Source of the DNA: Candidatus Daviesbacteria bacterium
GTDB taxonomy: Bacteria; Patescibacteriota; Microgenomatia; Daviesbacterales; UBA10151
Assembly: GCA_016195715.1 (NCBI GenBank)
Contig: JACPZA010000031.1
Location: 1 to 58,335 of the forward strand
Direction: 5' to 3'
Length of the DNA: 58,335 nt
Part shown: piece by piece, positions 29,182-37,914 of the stretch
Layout: every line of letters starts with the position of its first letter
Numbering within the stretch: position 1 is the stretch's first letter
The notes under the pieces: model-generated
What the model saw: only the letters and a program-made list of their open reading frames with translations
Database searches by the model: none
Told to the model about the DNA's origin: nothing
Translations under genes and position numbers: made by a program

Positions 29182-30367
29182 GTGAAAGCTTTTCTTGAGA
29201 GTTAGTTTTTAGGTTCTTTAAAGTAACTAAACTCTCTACATCTTCTTCTGGTCCAATAATAATAGCATATGGAATACCCTTTTGATCTGCATATTTTAGC
29301 TGTTTTTCAAGTTTTGTGTTTGGGTCTAACCAAAGCTCAGTGGAAATATCTGCTGAGCGAAGTCGAAGCATAACTTCTAAAGAGTTTTGCACTAACTCTG
29401 AAGAAAAAATAGTTACTAAAACTTTAGAGCTTGTTTGGGAAGCATCTAAAACTCCTCTTTCTTCCATAGCTTCAATTGTTCTATCTAAACCTATTGCAAA
29501 CCCAACAGCAGGTTGTGGAAATCCTGTAAACTTACCGATCATCTCATCCCATCTACCACCTCCACAAAGAGAGGAAGAATTTGGGTCTTCTTTTAAAACA
29601 ACTTCCATTATCAATCCTGTGTAATAATCCAAACCTCTAACTAAAGTAGGATCAAACTGTAAAGAATCTTCTGGATAGCCCATTTTTTTATAGAGCTCAA
29701 TAATTTCTTGTAAGTTGTTAGAGAGTTGGAGTTTGATGATTTTATTGAGCAGTTCAGAAGCCTGTGGTTCAGATAAACCTTTAGCAACAAGTTCTTTTAA
29801 AACTCCATCGTTGCCAATTTTATTTAATTTATCTACAGCTGCTAGATATTTTGGTTCGATCCCCACTAAAAACGACCTATCATTAACTTTGATTATCACA
29901 TCTAAGTCAAGGTTCTTATAGATCTCATAAGCTAGCGCTAGTATTTCTGCATCTGCCAGGGGAGTAGAGACACCAATAATATCAGCGTCACATTGTAAAA
30001 ATTCTCTATATCTACCTTTTTGAGTATTTTCGCCCCTGTAAGCGGGTTGGATTTGATAGCGCTTAAAGGGCAAAGGGAGTGTTTGTTGACCGTTGGGACC
30101 ATATTGAGCTACAACACGAGCTAGTGGTACAGTTTGGTCATATTTTAGAGCTACTTTATCTCCACCTTTAGTTTCAAATTTATAGATTAACTTTTCTTCC
30201 TCTCCATATTTTCCAGTTAAAGTTTCTTCATATTCTAAAGTTGGAGTTTCCAGCGGATCAAAGCCAAACTTTTGAAAAACTTGGATAATTTTTCCCAAAA
30301 CAACCTGACGCGCCAGCGCATCCTTTGGCAAAAAATCTCTAAATCCTTTAGGTGTCTGTGCTTTCAT
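29147..30367 (-). CDS. hisS: Histidine--tRNA ligase
   Basis: PKGFRDFLP, GRYREFLQCD, RGLDYYTG, GGGRWD, GFAIGLDR. Confidence 0.97.
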   Translation of the reverse strand: MKAQTPKGFRDFLPKDALARQVVLGKIIQVFQKFGFDPLETPTLEYEETLTGKYGEEEKLIYKFETKGGDKVALKYDQTVPLARVVAQYGPNGQQTLPLPFKRYQIQPAYRGENTQKGRYREFLQCDADIIGVSTPLADAEILALAYEIYKNLDLDVIIKVNDRSFLVGIEPKYLAAVDKLNKIGNDGVLKELVAKGLSEPQASELLNKIIKLQLSNNLQEIIELYKKMGYPEDSLQFDPTLVRGLDYYTGLIMEVVLKEDPNSSSLCGGGRWDEMIGKFTGFPQPAVGFAIGLDRTIEAMEERGVLDASQTSSKVLVTIFSSELVQNSLEVMLRLRSADISTELWLDPNTKLEKQLKYADQKGIPYAIIIGPEEDVESLVTLKNLKTNSQEKLSLDTLLEKLNNI

Positions 30368-30385
30368 ATGCTTTGACCTATGTTA

Positions 30386-30727
30386 TCACAATTTAGCTGT
30401 GGTTGTGATCGCTTGGATATTCATCAACCTGGATGGGTTGGTGAGCACAACTAGAATCCAGGTATCAGTTCCGATAGTATTCACACCTCTTCCTGTTTTG
30501 CGGTTTAATGAAACAGTTTTAGGAGCTAATAAGTCTTCTACTTCTACTGAAACACTTCGCTCCCTTCTTTTTCCAGGATTAACCCCAGTTAGATCGACTT
30601 TGACTTTTTTCCCGTCTGGTTTCGTGTATTCACCACTTTTAGCAGGAACATCCGCTATTAATTTGTATCTTCTTGCAATATCAACTTTCTGAACCATAAT
30701 AATGTTTAATCTCGATTCAATTGTCAT
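30386..30727 (-). CDS. Hypothetical basic protein downstream of a structured RNA
   Basis: Strong SD aaggaggtga ahead of ATG 30727 (MTIESR...). Confidence 0.65.
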   Translation of the reverse strand: MTIESRLNIIMVQKVDIARRYKLIADVPAKSGEYTKPDGKKVKVDLTGVNPGKRRERSVSVEVEDLLAPKTVSLNRKTGRGVNTIGTDTWILVVLTNPSRLMNIQAITTTAKL

Positions 30728-30756
30728 ATTTTCACCTCCTTTCAAAAGTTTGCATT

Positions 30757-30818
30757 AAAAAACCTCCCGTTTCTTACACATTAACCACCAGGGCTAATGA
30801 GTAAGGAACGAGAGGCTT
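30757..30818 (-). terminator. Long hairpin followed by a U tract (second terminator)
   Basis: cctctcgttccttac-t-cattagcc[ctggt]ggttaatg-t-gtaagaaacgggagg then tttttt. Confidence 0.75.
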
Positions 30819-30843
30819 AAAAAAAAGGACCTCCCGCGGTCCC
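30819..30843 (-). terminator. Intrinsic terminator (first)
   Basis: gggacc[gcggga]ggtcct followed by a U run. Confidence 0.78.
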
Positions 30844-31027
30844 ATCCTTATTTCTAAAAATATTACTATTTCTAGACTCTTAGTATCGACTCCGCTAGGC
30901 TGACATCGAATGTGAATCTTTTTACGGCTTTCAACTTTTCCGTCAGGTATTTGGCCTGCTGCCTGTCCCAAGTAACTTTAGTGAAGTGGGACTTTTGGAT
31001 CGTGACTCCAATACAAACGCATTTAAC
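30819..31027 (-). ncRNA. Candidate structured ncRNA or attenuator leader (unassigned)
   Basis: Lies between a promoter and a terminator; GC-richer than flanks; stems ttgga/tccaa, gtccca/tgggac, cagg/cctg, acgg/ccgt, ctgac/gtcag, tctagaaata/tatttttaga. Confidence 0.55.
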
Positions 31028-31033
31028 TATATT

Positions 31034-31062
31034 AGTATAACACAAAAAATTATTTTGGTCAA
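31034..31062 (-). promoter_or_regulatory. Sigma70 promoter driving the structured RNA
   Basis: TTGACC-17-TATACT on the minus strand. Confidence 0.72.
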
Positions 31063-31086
31063 CTATAGGGTAAATAAAAAAGCATT

Positions 31087-31108
31087 AAAAAAGTCCCTCT
31101 CGGGACTT
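31087..31108 (-). terminator. Intrinsic terminator with GNRA loop
   Basis: aagtccc[gaga]gggactt-tttt. Confidence 0.75.
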
Positions 31109-31136
31109 AAATTTCTTTTTTAGTGTTGTGCTAGTA

Positions 31137-31165
31137 ATAATATCATCTTTAATTTTTTCAGTCAA
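31137..31165 (-). promoter_or_regulatory. Sigma70-like promoter about 30 nt upstream of a terminator
   Basis: TTGACT-17-TATTAT with TG extension. Confidence 0.55.
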
Positions 31166-31229
31166 GTAGTAAAATTTTTGAAGCCAAATCTTTACAATTT
31201 GAAGCTAATTTAAACCTCATAGTAAACTA

Positions 31230-31982
31230 CTAGTTAACAGTTGGTGTTGCAGAAGGAGAGGCAGATTTAATTTTTTTTAGATTTATAACCCCGCCTAAAG
31301 GAATAATATAAATATAATCAGCTTTTAAAATTTTATTTGAATTTAAAATTCCAACTCCAACTAAAAATTTACTTGGTTTAATATCTGATAAATTTGCTTC
31401 ATCACTACCACCAAAAATGTCAGCACTACTAGATACAACCAAAGTTTGAGTTTGATTATCTTTATCTTTTAAATTAATGGTGCTGCTTGTAACTGATTGA
31501 ACTTGTCCCCAAAGCATTTTTTTAGAATCTTCACTTGGTTGATCTAATTTAATAATTTTTTTAGCCACCAAATTATTTTTATCATCAACATCACCAAGAC
31601 CTACAATATAATCATCTTTTGTAAAATCAGCTAAAGTGGTTTTGCTGGATTTTTTGTGAGAATTTATGGAAGTTTGAATTTCATAAACTGTATAATCGTT
31701 AACTAAAATTACCCGATCTCCATTTTTGGAAGTTAAAGTTACTTGAGAATCAGTTTTTTCTTTGATAATACCAACAACCGCTTTGTTTTGTAATTTTTTA
31801 TTAATTTCCAGTTTTATCAAAGAGGCTTTTGAAGCAATTTCCGCTTTGAGTTGATTAATTTTGTCAATTAGCGAAGCTGAAGGACTGCTAGATGAGCTGG
31901 CATCTGTAGCATAGACAGGAATTATGAATGCTAAATTATAAATTATAAATGAAAAAAGCAGAAAATTTGTAATTTTTTTCAT
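31230..31982 (-). CDS. Secreted protein with tandem OB-like (DUF5666-like) domains
   Basis: Signal peptide VYA|TD, coiled segment, two G.I/V...T.TL...G repeats. Confidence 0.65.
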   Translation of the reverse strand: MKKITNFLLFSFIIYNLAFIIPVYATDASSSSSPSASLIDKINQLKAEIASKASLIKLEINKKLQNKAVVGIIKEKTDSQVTLTSKNGDRVILVNDYTVYEIQTSINSHKKSSKTTLADFTKDDYIVGLGDVDDKNNLVAKKIIKLDQPSEDSKKMLWGQVQSVTSSTINLKDKDNQTQTLVVSSSADIFGGSDEANLSDIKPSKFLVGVGILNSNKILKADYIYIIPLGGVINLKKIKSASPSATPTVN

Positions 31983-32407
31983 AGTTTATCCTCTGAGTAA
32001 AAGATCGTCCGGGTAACTTGTTTGGTATTGCCTTTTTCATCAAAAGCAGCAATGGTAAAATTATTTAAGCCCTTGGATAATTCTATAACTTGGGAAAATT
32101 CACCACTGCCATTTGCTTGTAAACCTAAATTACTATCATCTGATGAGATAATTACAGTAGCTTTAGGGCTAGTTTTACCAGAAATCACTATTGATTTATC
32201 AAAAACTAAAGTTTCATCATCTGGGGAAGTTACATCCATACTAAAACTAACTGGCTTGATAGTTACTGGGCGATAATTTTGAAAAACAGAAGCACTCAAT
32301 TGATCTTTATTTAAAATATAATAAAGTCCAACTAAAAAATTTAAGCTAAGCAAAAGTATGAGCAGGTGAGAAATAATAAAAGTCTTTGGGGACAGAGTTT
32401 TATCCAT
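31979..32407 (-). CDS. Membrane-anchored Ig-like beta-sandwich protein
   Basis: N-terminal TM; VTSPDD...ISGKT...GEFS..IELSKGLNNFTI.AFD..GN. Confidence 0.75.
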   Translation of the reverse strand: MDKTLSPKTFIISHLLILLLSLNFLVGLYYILNKDQLSASVFQNYRPVTIKPVSFSMDVTSPDDETLVFDKSIVISGKTSPKATVIISSDDSNLGLQANGSGEFSQVIELSKGLNNFTIAAFDEKGNTKQVTRTIFYSEDKL

Positions 32408-32488
32408 GAGTGTTTAATAGCTAATCTTGTTTGTATATATTAAAACCATCTTGTTGATTAATCAATTGTCTGTTAAAATTTTTGTCCA

Positions 32489-33127
32489 ATGGACATAATT
32501 TGGTATGGACAAGCTTGTTTTAAAATAAAAGGTAAATCTGCTTCAGTTGTTATTGATCCATATAGTCCAGAGATTGGTTTAAAGCCTCCCAAAGATTTAG
32601 AAGCAGATTTATGTTTAATAACTCACAATCACCCGGATCACAATAATGTCAGTTTAGTTTCAGAAAACGCAGTTAAAATTACTGGGCCTGGGGAATATGA
32701 AGTTAAAGGCGTGGCTGTAACTGGAGTTTCTGTTTTTCATGACAGTGAAAATGGAGCTGCTAGGGGGAAAAACACTGTTTATAATGTTTATATAGATAAT
32801 TTAAATATTGCTCATTTAGGAGATATTGGAGAGAGTCTAACTGAGGAAAAAGCTGATGAAATTGGGAGTGTTGATATTTTACTAATTCCAGTTGGAGGAG
32901 TTTACACTATTGATGCCAAACTGGCAGCTGAAGTTGTTGCCGAGCTTGAACCAAGCATCATTATTCCCATGCATTATGGAATTGAAGGACTTAAATATCC
33001 ACTTGATGGGGTAGATAAGTTTTTAAAAGAGATGGGTGTAGAAAATGTTACTCCAGTCAATAAGCTAACTATCACTAAAGAAAAACTTCCTAGTGAACCG
33101 CAAGTTATAGTGTTATCAAAAACTTAA
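32489..33127 (+). CDS. MBL-fold metallo-hydrolase
   Basis: WYGQACF, THNHPDH, HLGD, PVGG, IPMHY. Confidence 0.92.
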   Translation: MDIIWYGQACFKIKGKSASVVIDPYSPEIGLKPPKDLEADLCLITHNHPDHNNVSLVSENAVKITGPGEYEVKGVAVTGVSVFHDSENGAARGKNTVYNVYIDNLNIAHLGDIGESLTEEKADEIGSVDILLIPVGGVYTIDAKLAAEVVAELEPSIIIPMHYGIEGLKYPLDGVDKFLKEMGVENVTPVNKLTITKEKLPSEPQVIVLSKT

Positions 33128-33134
33128 GGCTTTT

Positions 33135-34526
33135 ATGCCAAGTATTACCTTTAACCAATCAAAAGATGGGGTTGTTAAACTCCCACCGCAAAATATTGAA
33201 GCTGAACAAGCTTTACTTGGAGCGTTATTGATTGATAAAGATGCCATTGTAGAGGTTGCAGAAATTTTATTGTCTGAAGATTTTTATAGAAGTGAACAGC
33301 ACGGTCAGATCTTTAATGCCATTTTACAACTTTTTGAAAAACGTGAACCAATTGATGTAGTTACAGTCACAGAAAAACTCAAGCAAAAAAATCTCTTAGA
33401 TAGCGTTGGCGGACCAGCTTACCTTGCGGAACTTGTGAATACTGTCCCAACTGCAGCCCACATTTTATCTTATGCCAGAATTATTAAAGAGCATGCTCTA
33501 AGAAGACAGCTTATTTCTTATTCGACAAAATTTATTGAAAGTTCATTTGATGAACGTCAAGAAATTCAACAAATTATTGAAAATTGTGAACAAGCTATTT
33601 TTGCTCTTTCCCAACAACATATTAAAAGAGATTTTATTCAACTTAAAGATGCATTGGCGCAAAGCTTTGATAGATTAGATGAGTTGCAAAAATCTTCTGG
33701 TAAACTTCGGGGTGTACCAACTGGATTTAGAGATTTAGATAATAAACTGGCTGGTTTTCAAGATTCAAATTTAATTATTTTTGCAGCGCGGCCTGGTCAG
33801 GGTAAAACTAGTTTTGTATTAAATGTCGCCCAACATGTAGCAGTTAATGCTGGTGTTCCAGTTGGGATTTTTTCTTTGGAGATGTCTCAAGAAGAATTAG
33901 TGGATAGGTTGTTAGTTACTCAAGCGGATATTGATGCTTGGAAGTTAAAAACTGGAAGACTGGATGAAAAAGATTTTGATAGGTTGTCTCATGCCATGGG
34001 ACAATTAGCTGAAGCACCTTTGTTTATTGATGATACACCGGGCAGTTCTATTTCTGAAATTAGAACTAAAGCCAGAAGGTTACAAGCTGAGCATGGACTC
34101 CGTTTATTAATTGTGGACTATCTGCAGTTAATTCGTGGCAGAAATTTGGAAAATCGAGTTCAAGAAGTTTCAGAGATTTCTCAAGGGTTAAAAAATTTAG
34201 CCAGAGAGCTAAAGGTGCCAGTTTTAGCTGTTTCTCAATTATCAAGAGCAGTTGAATCTCGTGGAACTAGAAAACCTCAACTGGCGGACTTGCGAGAATC
34301 TGGGGCAATTGAACAAGATGCAGATGTGGTGATGTTTATTTATCGAGAAGATCCAGAACAGATGGAACAAGTAAAGCTAGATATTCAAAAACATCGAAAT
34401 GGTCCAACTGGAGAAATTGATCTAATATTTAGAGCCGATCGGGTTAAATTTTATGGAATGGAAAAAACTAGAACTAAAACCCAAGCTCCAAAAGAAGCTG
34501 AAACAAAAGCTGCACTCGCTGCTTAA
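33135..34526 (+). CDS. dnaB: Replicative DNA helicase
   Basis: PPQNIEAEQ, ARPGQGKT, DYLQL, LRESGAIEQDAD, KHRNGPTG. Confidence 0.98.
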   Translation: MPSITFNQSKDGVVKLPPQNIEAEQALLGALLIDKDAIVEVAEILLSEDFYRSEQHGQIFNAILQLFEKREPIDVVTVTEKLKQKNLLDSVGGPAYLAELVNTVPTAAHILSYARIIKEHALRRQLISYSTKFIESSFDERQEIQQIIENCEQAIFALSQQHIKRDFIQLKDALAQSFDRLDELQKSSGKLRGVPTGFRDLDNKLAGFQDSNLIIFAARPGQGKTSFVLNVAQHVAVNAGVPVGIFSLEMSQEELVDRLLVTQADIDAWKLKTGRLDEKDFDRLSHAMGQLAEAPLFIDDTPGSSISEIRTKARRLQAEHGLRLLIVDYLQLIRGRNLENRVQEVSEISQGLKNLARELKVPVLAVSQLSRAVESRGTRKPQLADLRESGAIEQDADVVMFIYREDPEQMEQVKLDIQKHRNGPTGEIDLIFRADRVKFYGMEKTRTKTQAPKEAETKAALAA

Positions 34527-34568
34527 ATCTATTGTCAATTGCTAGCTTAGTAGGCTACACTCAAACTT

Positions 34569-35123
34569 ATGAAAATTTATTTTATAACTGGAAACAAATT
34601 TAAGTTTGAGGAGGTTAAAAAAATGCTTTTCAGTGTTAAAAATTTGGAACTTGAACAACTAGATTTAGAGTTAGAAGAGATTCAAGAAATTGATCCAAGA
34701 AAAGTTATTGAGCATAAATTAAAACAGGCGCTAGAGCATGTCAAAGCTAATGTGATGGTTGAAGATACCTCACTTGGACTAGAATGTATAAATAATTTAC
34801 CTGGACCGCTGATAAAATGGTTTTTAAAGACAGTTAAAGAGGAAGGCTTATTTAAAATTGCAGAAAGTTTAGGTAATAATAAAGCTAGAGCTTTAGCCAT
34901 AATTGGTTTCGCTAAATCTAAAAAAGAAATTGATTTTTTTGAAGGAGAAGTTTCTGGAACAATTGATTCTCCAGCTGGTGAAAATGGTTTTGGTTGGGAT
35001 GTAATTTTTAGGCCTGAGGGATATAGCAAAACTTTTGGACAAATGGAAAGTTTAGAAAAAAATAAAATCAGTCATAGATTTTTAGCAATTAAAAAATTTA
35101 AAGAGTTTTTAGTAAAAAATTAA
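34569..35123 (+). CDS. rdgB: Non-canonical purine NTP pyrophosphatase (Ham1/ITPase)
   Basis: ITGN..K, EDTSL, PGPLIKW, GFGWD..F, KNKISHR. Confidence 0.93.
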   Translation: MKIYFITGNKFKFEEVKKMLFSVKNLELEQLDLELEEIQEIDPRKVIEHKLKQALEHVKANVMVEDTSLGLECINNLPGPLIKWFLKTVKEEGLFKIAESLGNNKARALAIIGFAKSKKEIDFFEGEVSGTIDSPAGENGFGWDVIFRPEGYSKTFGQMESLEKNKISHRFLAIKKFKEFLVKN

Positions 35124-35621
35124 ATGGATATTAAATATTGCTATATTTGCGGAAGTGAGTTAGAAAAAAAGTCAGATGCTTTATTTATTTGCAAAAAAAG
35201 TGCTCACCATATTTATACTAATGCTAAACCTTGTAACGGTGTTATTATCGAAAATAAAAAGGGTGAAATTTTATTGGTTAAAAGAAAATTTCCTCCTAAA
35301 CAGGGCAGTTGGGATTTACCAGGTGGGTTTATAAATCCAGCTGAGAGTTTAGAGCAATCAGTAGTTAGAGAGATAAAAGAAGAATTAGAAGTAGAGCTAA
35401 AAAGAGAAATTTATGTTAAATCCTATTCTGATAGATATCTTTTTGAGGGAATAAATTACCATACTATTTGTGTAATTTTTACAGGCGAGATTGGAGAGCA
35501 AATTCCCAAAGCTGCAGATGATGCGCTAGAGTTAAAATTTTTTCCTAAAGATAAAATTCCATATTCAGAAATTGGTTTTGATGGAATAAAATTGGCGCTT
35601 AAAGATTATTTAAGAATATAA
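35124..35621 (+). CDS. NUDIX hydrolase with N-terminal Zn-ribbon
   Basis: YCYICG; LPGGF...ESLEQSVVREIKEEL. Confidence 0.9.
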   Translation: MDIKYCYICGSELEKKSDALFICKKSAHHIYTNAKPCNGVIIENKKGEILLVKRKFPPKQGSWDLPGGFINPAESLEQSVVREIKEELEVELKREIYVKSYSDRYLFEGINYHTICVIFTGEIGEQIPKAADDALELKFFPKDKIPYSEIGFDGIKLALKDYLRI

Positions 35622-35631
35622 CTATACGAAT

Positions 35632-36234
35632 ATGAAAGCAGTAGAATTTGCCTGTGACTTAGTTTCCAGTCCAGCAGTCAAGCCCCATTTAGAAAGTCTA
35701 GCAGGGTTTGATATTGGTACTTTTAGACACAGTGCGCGGATATTCTGGACAAGTGTTTTAGCTGGGGGAGAAATGGATCTAACTTTAAGACAATGGACAG
35801 AGCTAGCTTGTGGAGCATTATTTCATGATTTAGGTAAAACTGGTATTCCTCGTGGGATCATCGTTAATAATGGGTCACTTGACCCAAAACAAACAGAGCA
35901 AGTTAGATTGCATCCGGAATATGGTTTTGGAATGCTTGCTAATTTTCCTTTTAATGGAGCTAGAGGTCCAGTGATTGCTCATCATCGCTACAAAGAAAAT
36001 CCCTATCCAGAAGAAGGGCGTTCGCATATGTCTGAGTTAGCCGCCGTTGTGGCAGCGCTAGATCAATTTGATGCATTGGCTTATAGCCGCCCCTACCGCG
36101 ATGGTTTGTCAATGTCTAAAGTGGAGGAGATATTAAGAGCCCAATTTATCGGAGATCCAAACGTTATTGATCTAGCTATGCGTATTGGTAAGCAAAATCT
36201 TCCAGCAGAATTGGCTAGAAGGTTAAGAATTTAA
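35632..36234 (+). CDS. HD-GYP-like phosphohydrolase
   Basis: HS.R, FHDLGK, HPEYG, HH...PYP, D.FDAL...RPYR. Confidence 0.85.
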   Translation: MKAVEFACDLVSSPAVKPHLESLAGFDIGTFRHSARIFWTSVLAGGEMDLTLRQWTELACGALFHDLGKTGIPRGIIVNNGSLDPKQTEQVRLHPEYGFGMLANFPFNGARGPVIAHHRYKENPYPEEGRSHMSELAAVVAALDQFDALAYSRPYRDGLSMSKVEEILRAQFIGDPNVIDLAMRIGKQNLPAELARRLRI

Positions 36235-36786
36235 AAGCTTCTGAATGAAATCATTAACTTGGTTTTTAAACTCTTCAAAACTGCCATTGTTATTAATTGT
36301 AAAATCAGAGTTTTTAGCAATTTCAGGGATATCAACTTCAGTTGGAGCTTTTTCTTCTTCCATAAATTGCTCAAAAGTAGTCTCAATTTCACCATCCTTT
36401 TCTCCGCGAAGCTTAGTTCGCTCAAATCTGATTTTTGGATCAGCAGTTATATAGACTATTTTGCCATCAATAGATTTAATCATCTCTAAATCTGCCAGCC
36501 ATCTCATCCCATCCACTACAATAATTTCTCCGTTTAATCCTCCAATTCTTTTTTTAACTGCATCTGCTAAAACCTTTGGGCCAAAGCTGTCTCTCATTGC
36601 TACAACCAGCTTAATATAATTTTCTCTTGATTTATTTAAGCCCCAAATATTCAAAGTCTCTGTCATTACATCAGAAAAGGTTGTTCTGACAATTTTTTTA
36701 TCTGGTAACATCTCTTGCAATAGCTTAGGAAAAGTTCCTTTGCCAGATCCTTTTTCACCAACAATACCAATAACAACTTTATTCAT
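36223..36786 (-). CDS. P-loop kinase (dephospho-CoA kinase-like / nucleotide kinase)
   Basis: GEKGSGKGT, VVDGMR, RFER...R.EK, INNNGS. Confidence 0.85.
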   Translation of the reverse strand: MNKVVIGIVGEKGSGKGTFPKLLQEMLPDKKIVRTTFSDVMTETLNIWGLNKSRENYIKLVVAMRDSFGPKVLADAVKKRIGGLNGEIIVVDGMRWLADLEMIKSIDGKIVYITADPKIRFERTKLRGEKDGEIETTFEQFMEEEKAPTEVDIPEIAKNSDFTINNNGSFEEFKNQVNDFIQKLLNS

Positions 36787-36797
36787 CTTAAGTTAGT

Positions 36798-37427
36798 TTA
36801 TAAGGGATTTTCAAACAAAAAACAATGTCCTAAATGCTGTAATCTTTTACCAAGTTTAGCTTTTCTATAATAAATTTCTTTGAAATCCTTGTAGGATCCT
36901 CTTATTTGACCTGCGGTTCGATAATACATCAGATTTCCATACTTTCCCTTAACTTTATCTTTCCCCCTTGCAAGTTCATCTTTTTCTGAATAACAAATTA
37001 ATAATAACTTTCCGCTTTTTTTTAGTAACTTTCTAAACTGTTTAGCATAAGAATTAATTTTATGATGGGGAATATGGTGTAGTAAGCTATAGTCAAAAAT
37101 AAAGTCAAACTTTTCTTTTAAAAGGTTTCTTAAATTTAATACATCTCCTTCAATAAATTTAACTTTTAAATCGTAAGCTTTAACTCTTTTTTGAGCAATT
37201 TCTAGAGCTTTTTTAGAAAACTCTTTTCCGGTTACTTGAAAACCTTTTTTTGCCAGATAGATACTATAGTTGCCAGTACCTGAACCTAACTCTAAAACTG
37301 TTCCAGGTAAAACAATTCTTTTATCAATAAGTTCTACCAGTTCAACTGGAGGTTGGGAAATTTCCCAGGGAATTGTTTCTAGAGGTAATTCATACATTGA
37401 GTCCCAGTGCTTAGCTTTAGTTTGCAT
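36798..37427 (-). CDS. Class I SAM-dependent methyltransferase (TPMT/TehB-like)
   Basis: IPWE..PP, LELGSGTG, FDFIFD...HH; start MQTK at 37427 preferred. Confidence 0.9.
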   Translation of the reverse strand: MQTKAKHWDSMYELPLETIPWEISQPPVELVELIDKRIVLPGTVLELGSGTGNYSIYLAKKGFQVTGKEFSKKALEIAQKRVKAYDLKVKFIEGDVLNLRNLLKEKFDFIFDYSLLHHIPHHKINSYAKQFRKLLKKSGKLLLICYSEKDELARGKDKVKGKYGNLMYYRTAGQIRGSYKDFKEIYYRKAKLGKRLQHLGHCFLFENPL

Positions 37428-37438
37428 ATTTTTTATCC

Positions 37439-37469
37439 AAAAGCTGCGAAGAGAACCTCCACAGCTTTT
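37439..37469 (-). terminator. Hairpin/terminator after the DUF1059 gene
   Basis: aaaagctgtgga...tcgcagctttt. Confidence 0.5.
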
Positions 37470-37491
37470 GTAGAAGAAAACATGATTTAGT

Positions 37492-37683
37492 TTATGCAAC
37501 CATGCTTTTCATTTTTTCCATATTGGCATTTCTCTCTTCTTCAGTCATGCTAGCCAATTTATCGCCGTGTTTATTTTTAAGATGCGCCGTAGCTATATCC
37601 ATAGCTTCCTGACCATCTTCTGAAGTTACTGAAAAAGGACAATCCATGCCAAAATCTTTACAACTTAGTGTTTTTGCGTTCAT
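37492..37683 (-). CDS. DUF1059-like small metal-binding protein
   Basis: LSCKDFGMDCPF...H...KH; SD aaggaggtga. Confidence 0.85.
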   Translation of the reverse strand: MNAKTLSCKDFGMDCPFSVTSEDGQEAMDIATAHLKNKHGDKLASMTEEERNANMEKMKSMVA

Positions 37684-37757
37684 TTAAACAATCACCTCCT
37701 TATTTGGTTAATATATACTTATCAGAGATTAATTAAAAGTAATAAATCAGTAAATTG

Positions 37758-37838
37758 CAGGTGCCCTTCATGCACTTTCATTCGAACACTTGCTGATCTG
37801 GATAGATCAACTCATGCGTGCATACAAAGCTAATCCTG
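37758..37838 (-). ncRNA. Candidate structured RNA or leader hairpin upstream of DUF1059
   Basis: Nested stems cagg/cctg, atgcac/gtgcat, gttgatct/agatcagc; extended -10 TGaTATAAT with TATAAT at 37839-37844. Confidence 0.45.
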
Positions 37839-37914
37839 ATTATATCAAGAAAAAAAGAGTTTAAAGAACTTATAGTTGTGTAACTAAACCTATAGATCTA
37901 TAATACAAGCTTAT

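Noticed and set aside
30774-30971. 65-aa minus-strand ORF
   Set aside because: TTG start without SD, and it runs through two terminator hairpins; better explained as structured RNA, though a leader peptide is not fully excluded
37758-37838. Hammerhead ribozyme, SRP RNA or tRNA interpretation of the hairpin
   Set aside because: No CUGANGA core, no SRP GGAA-loop helix, and the GUUCGAAU word lacks a T-stem and cloverleaf
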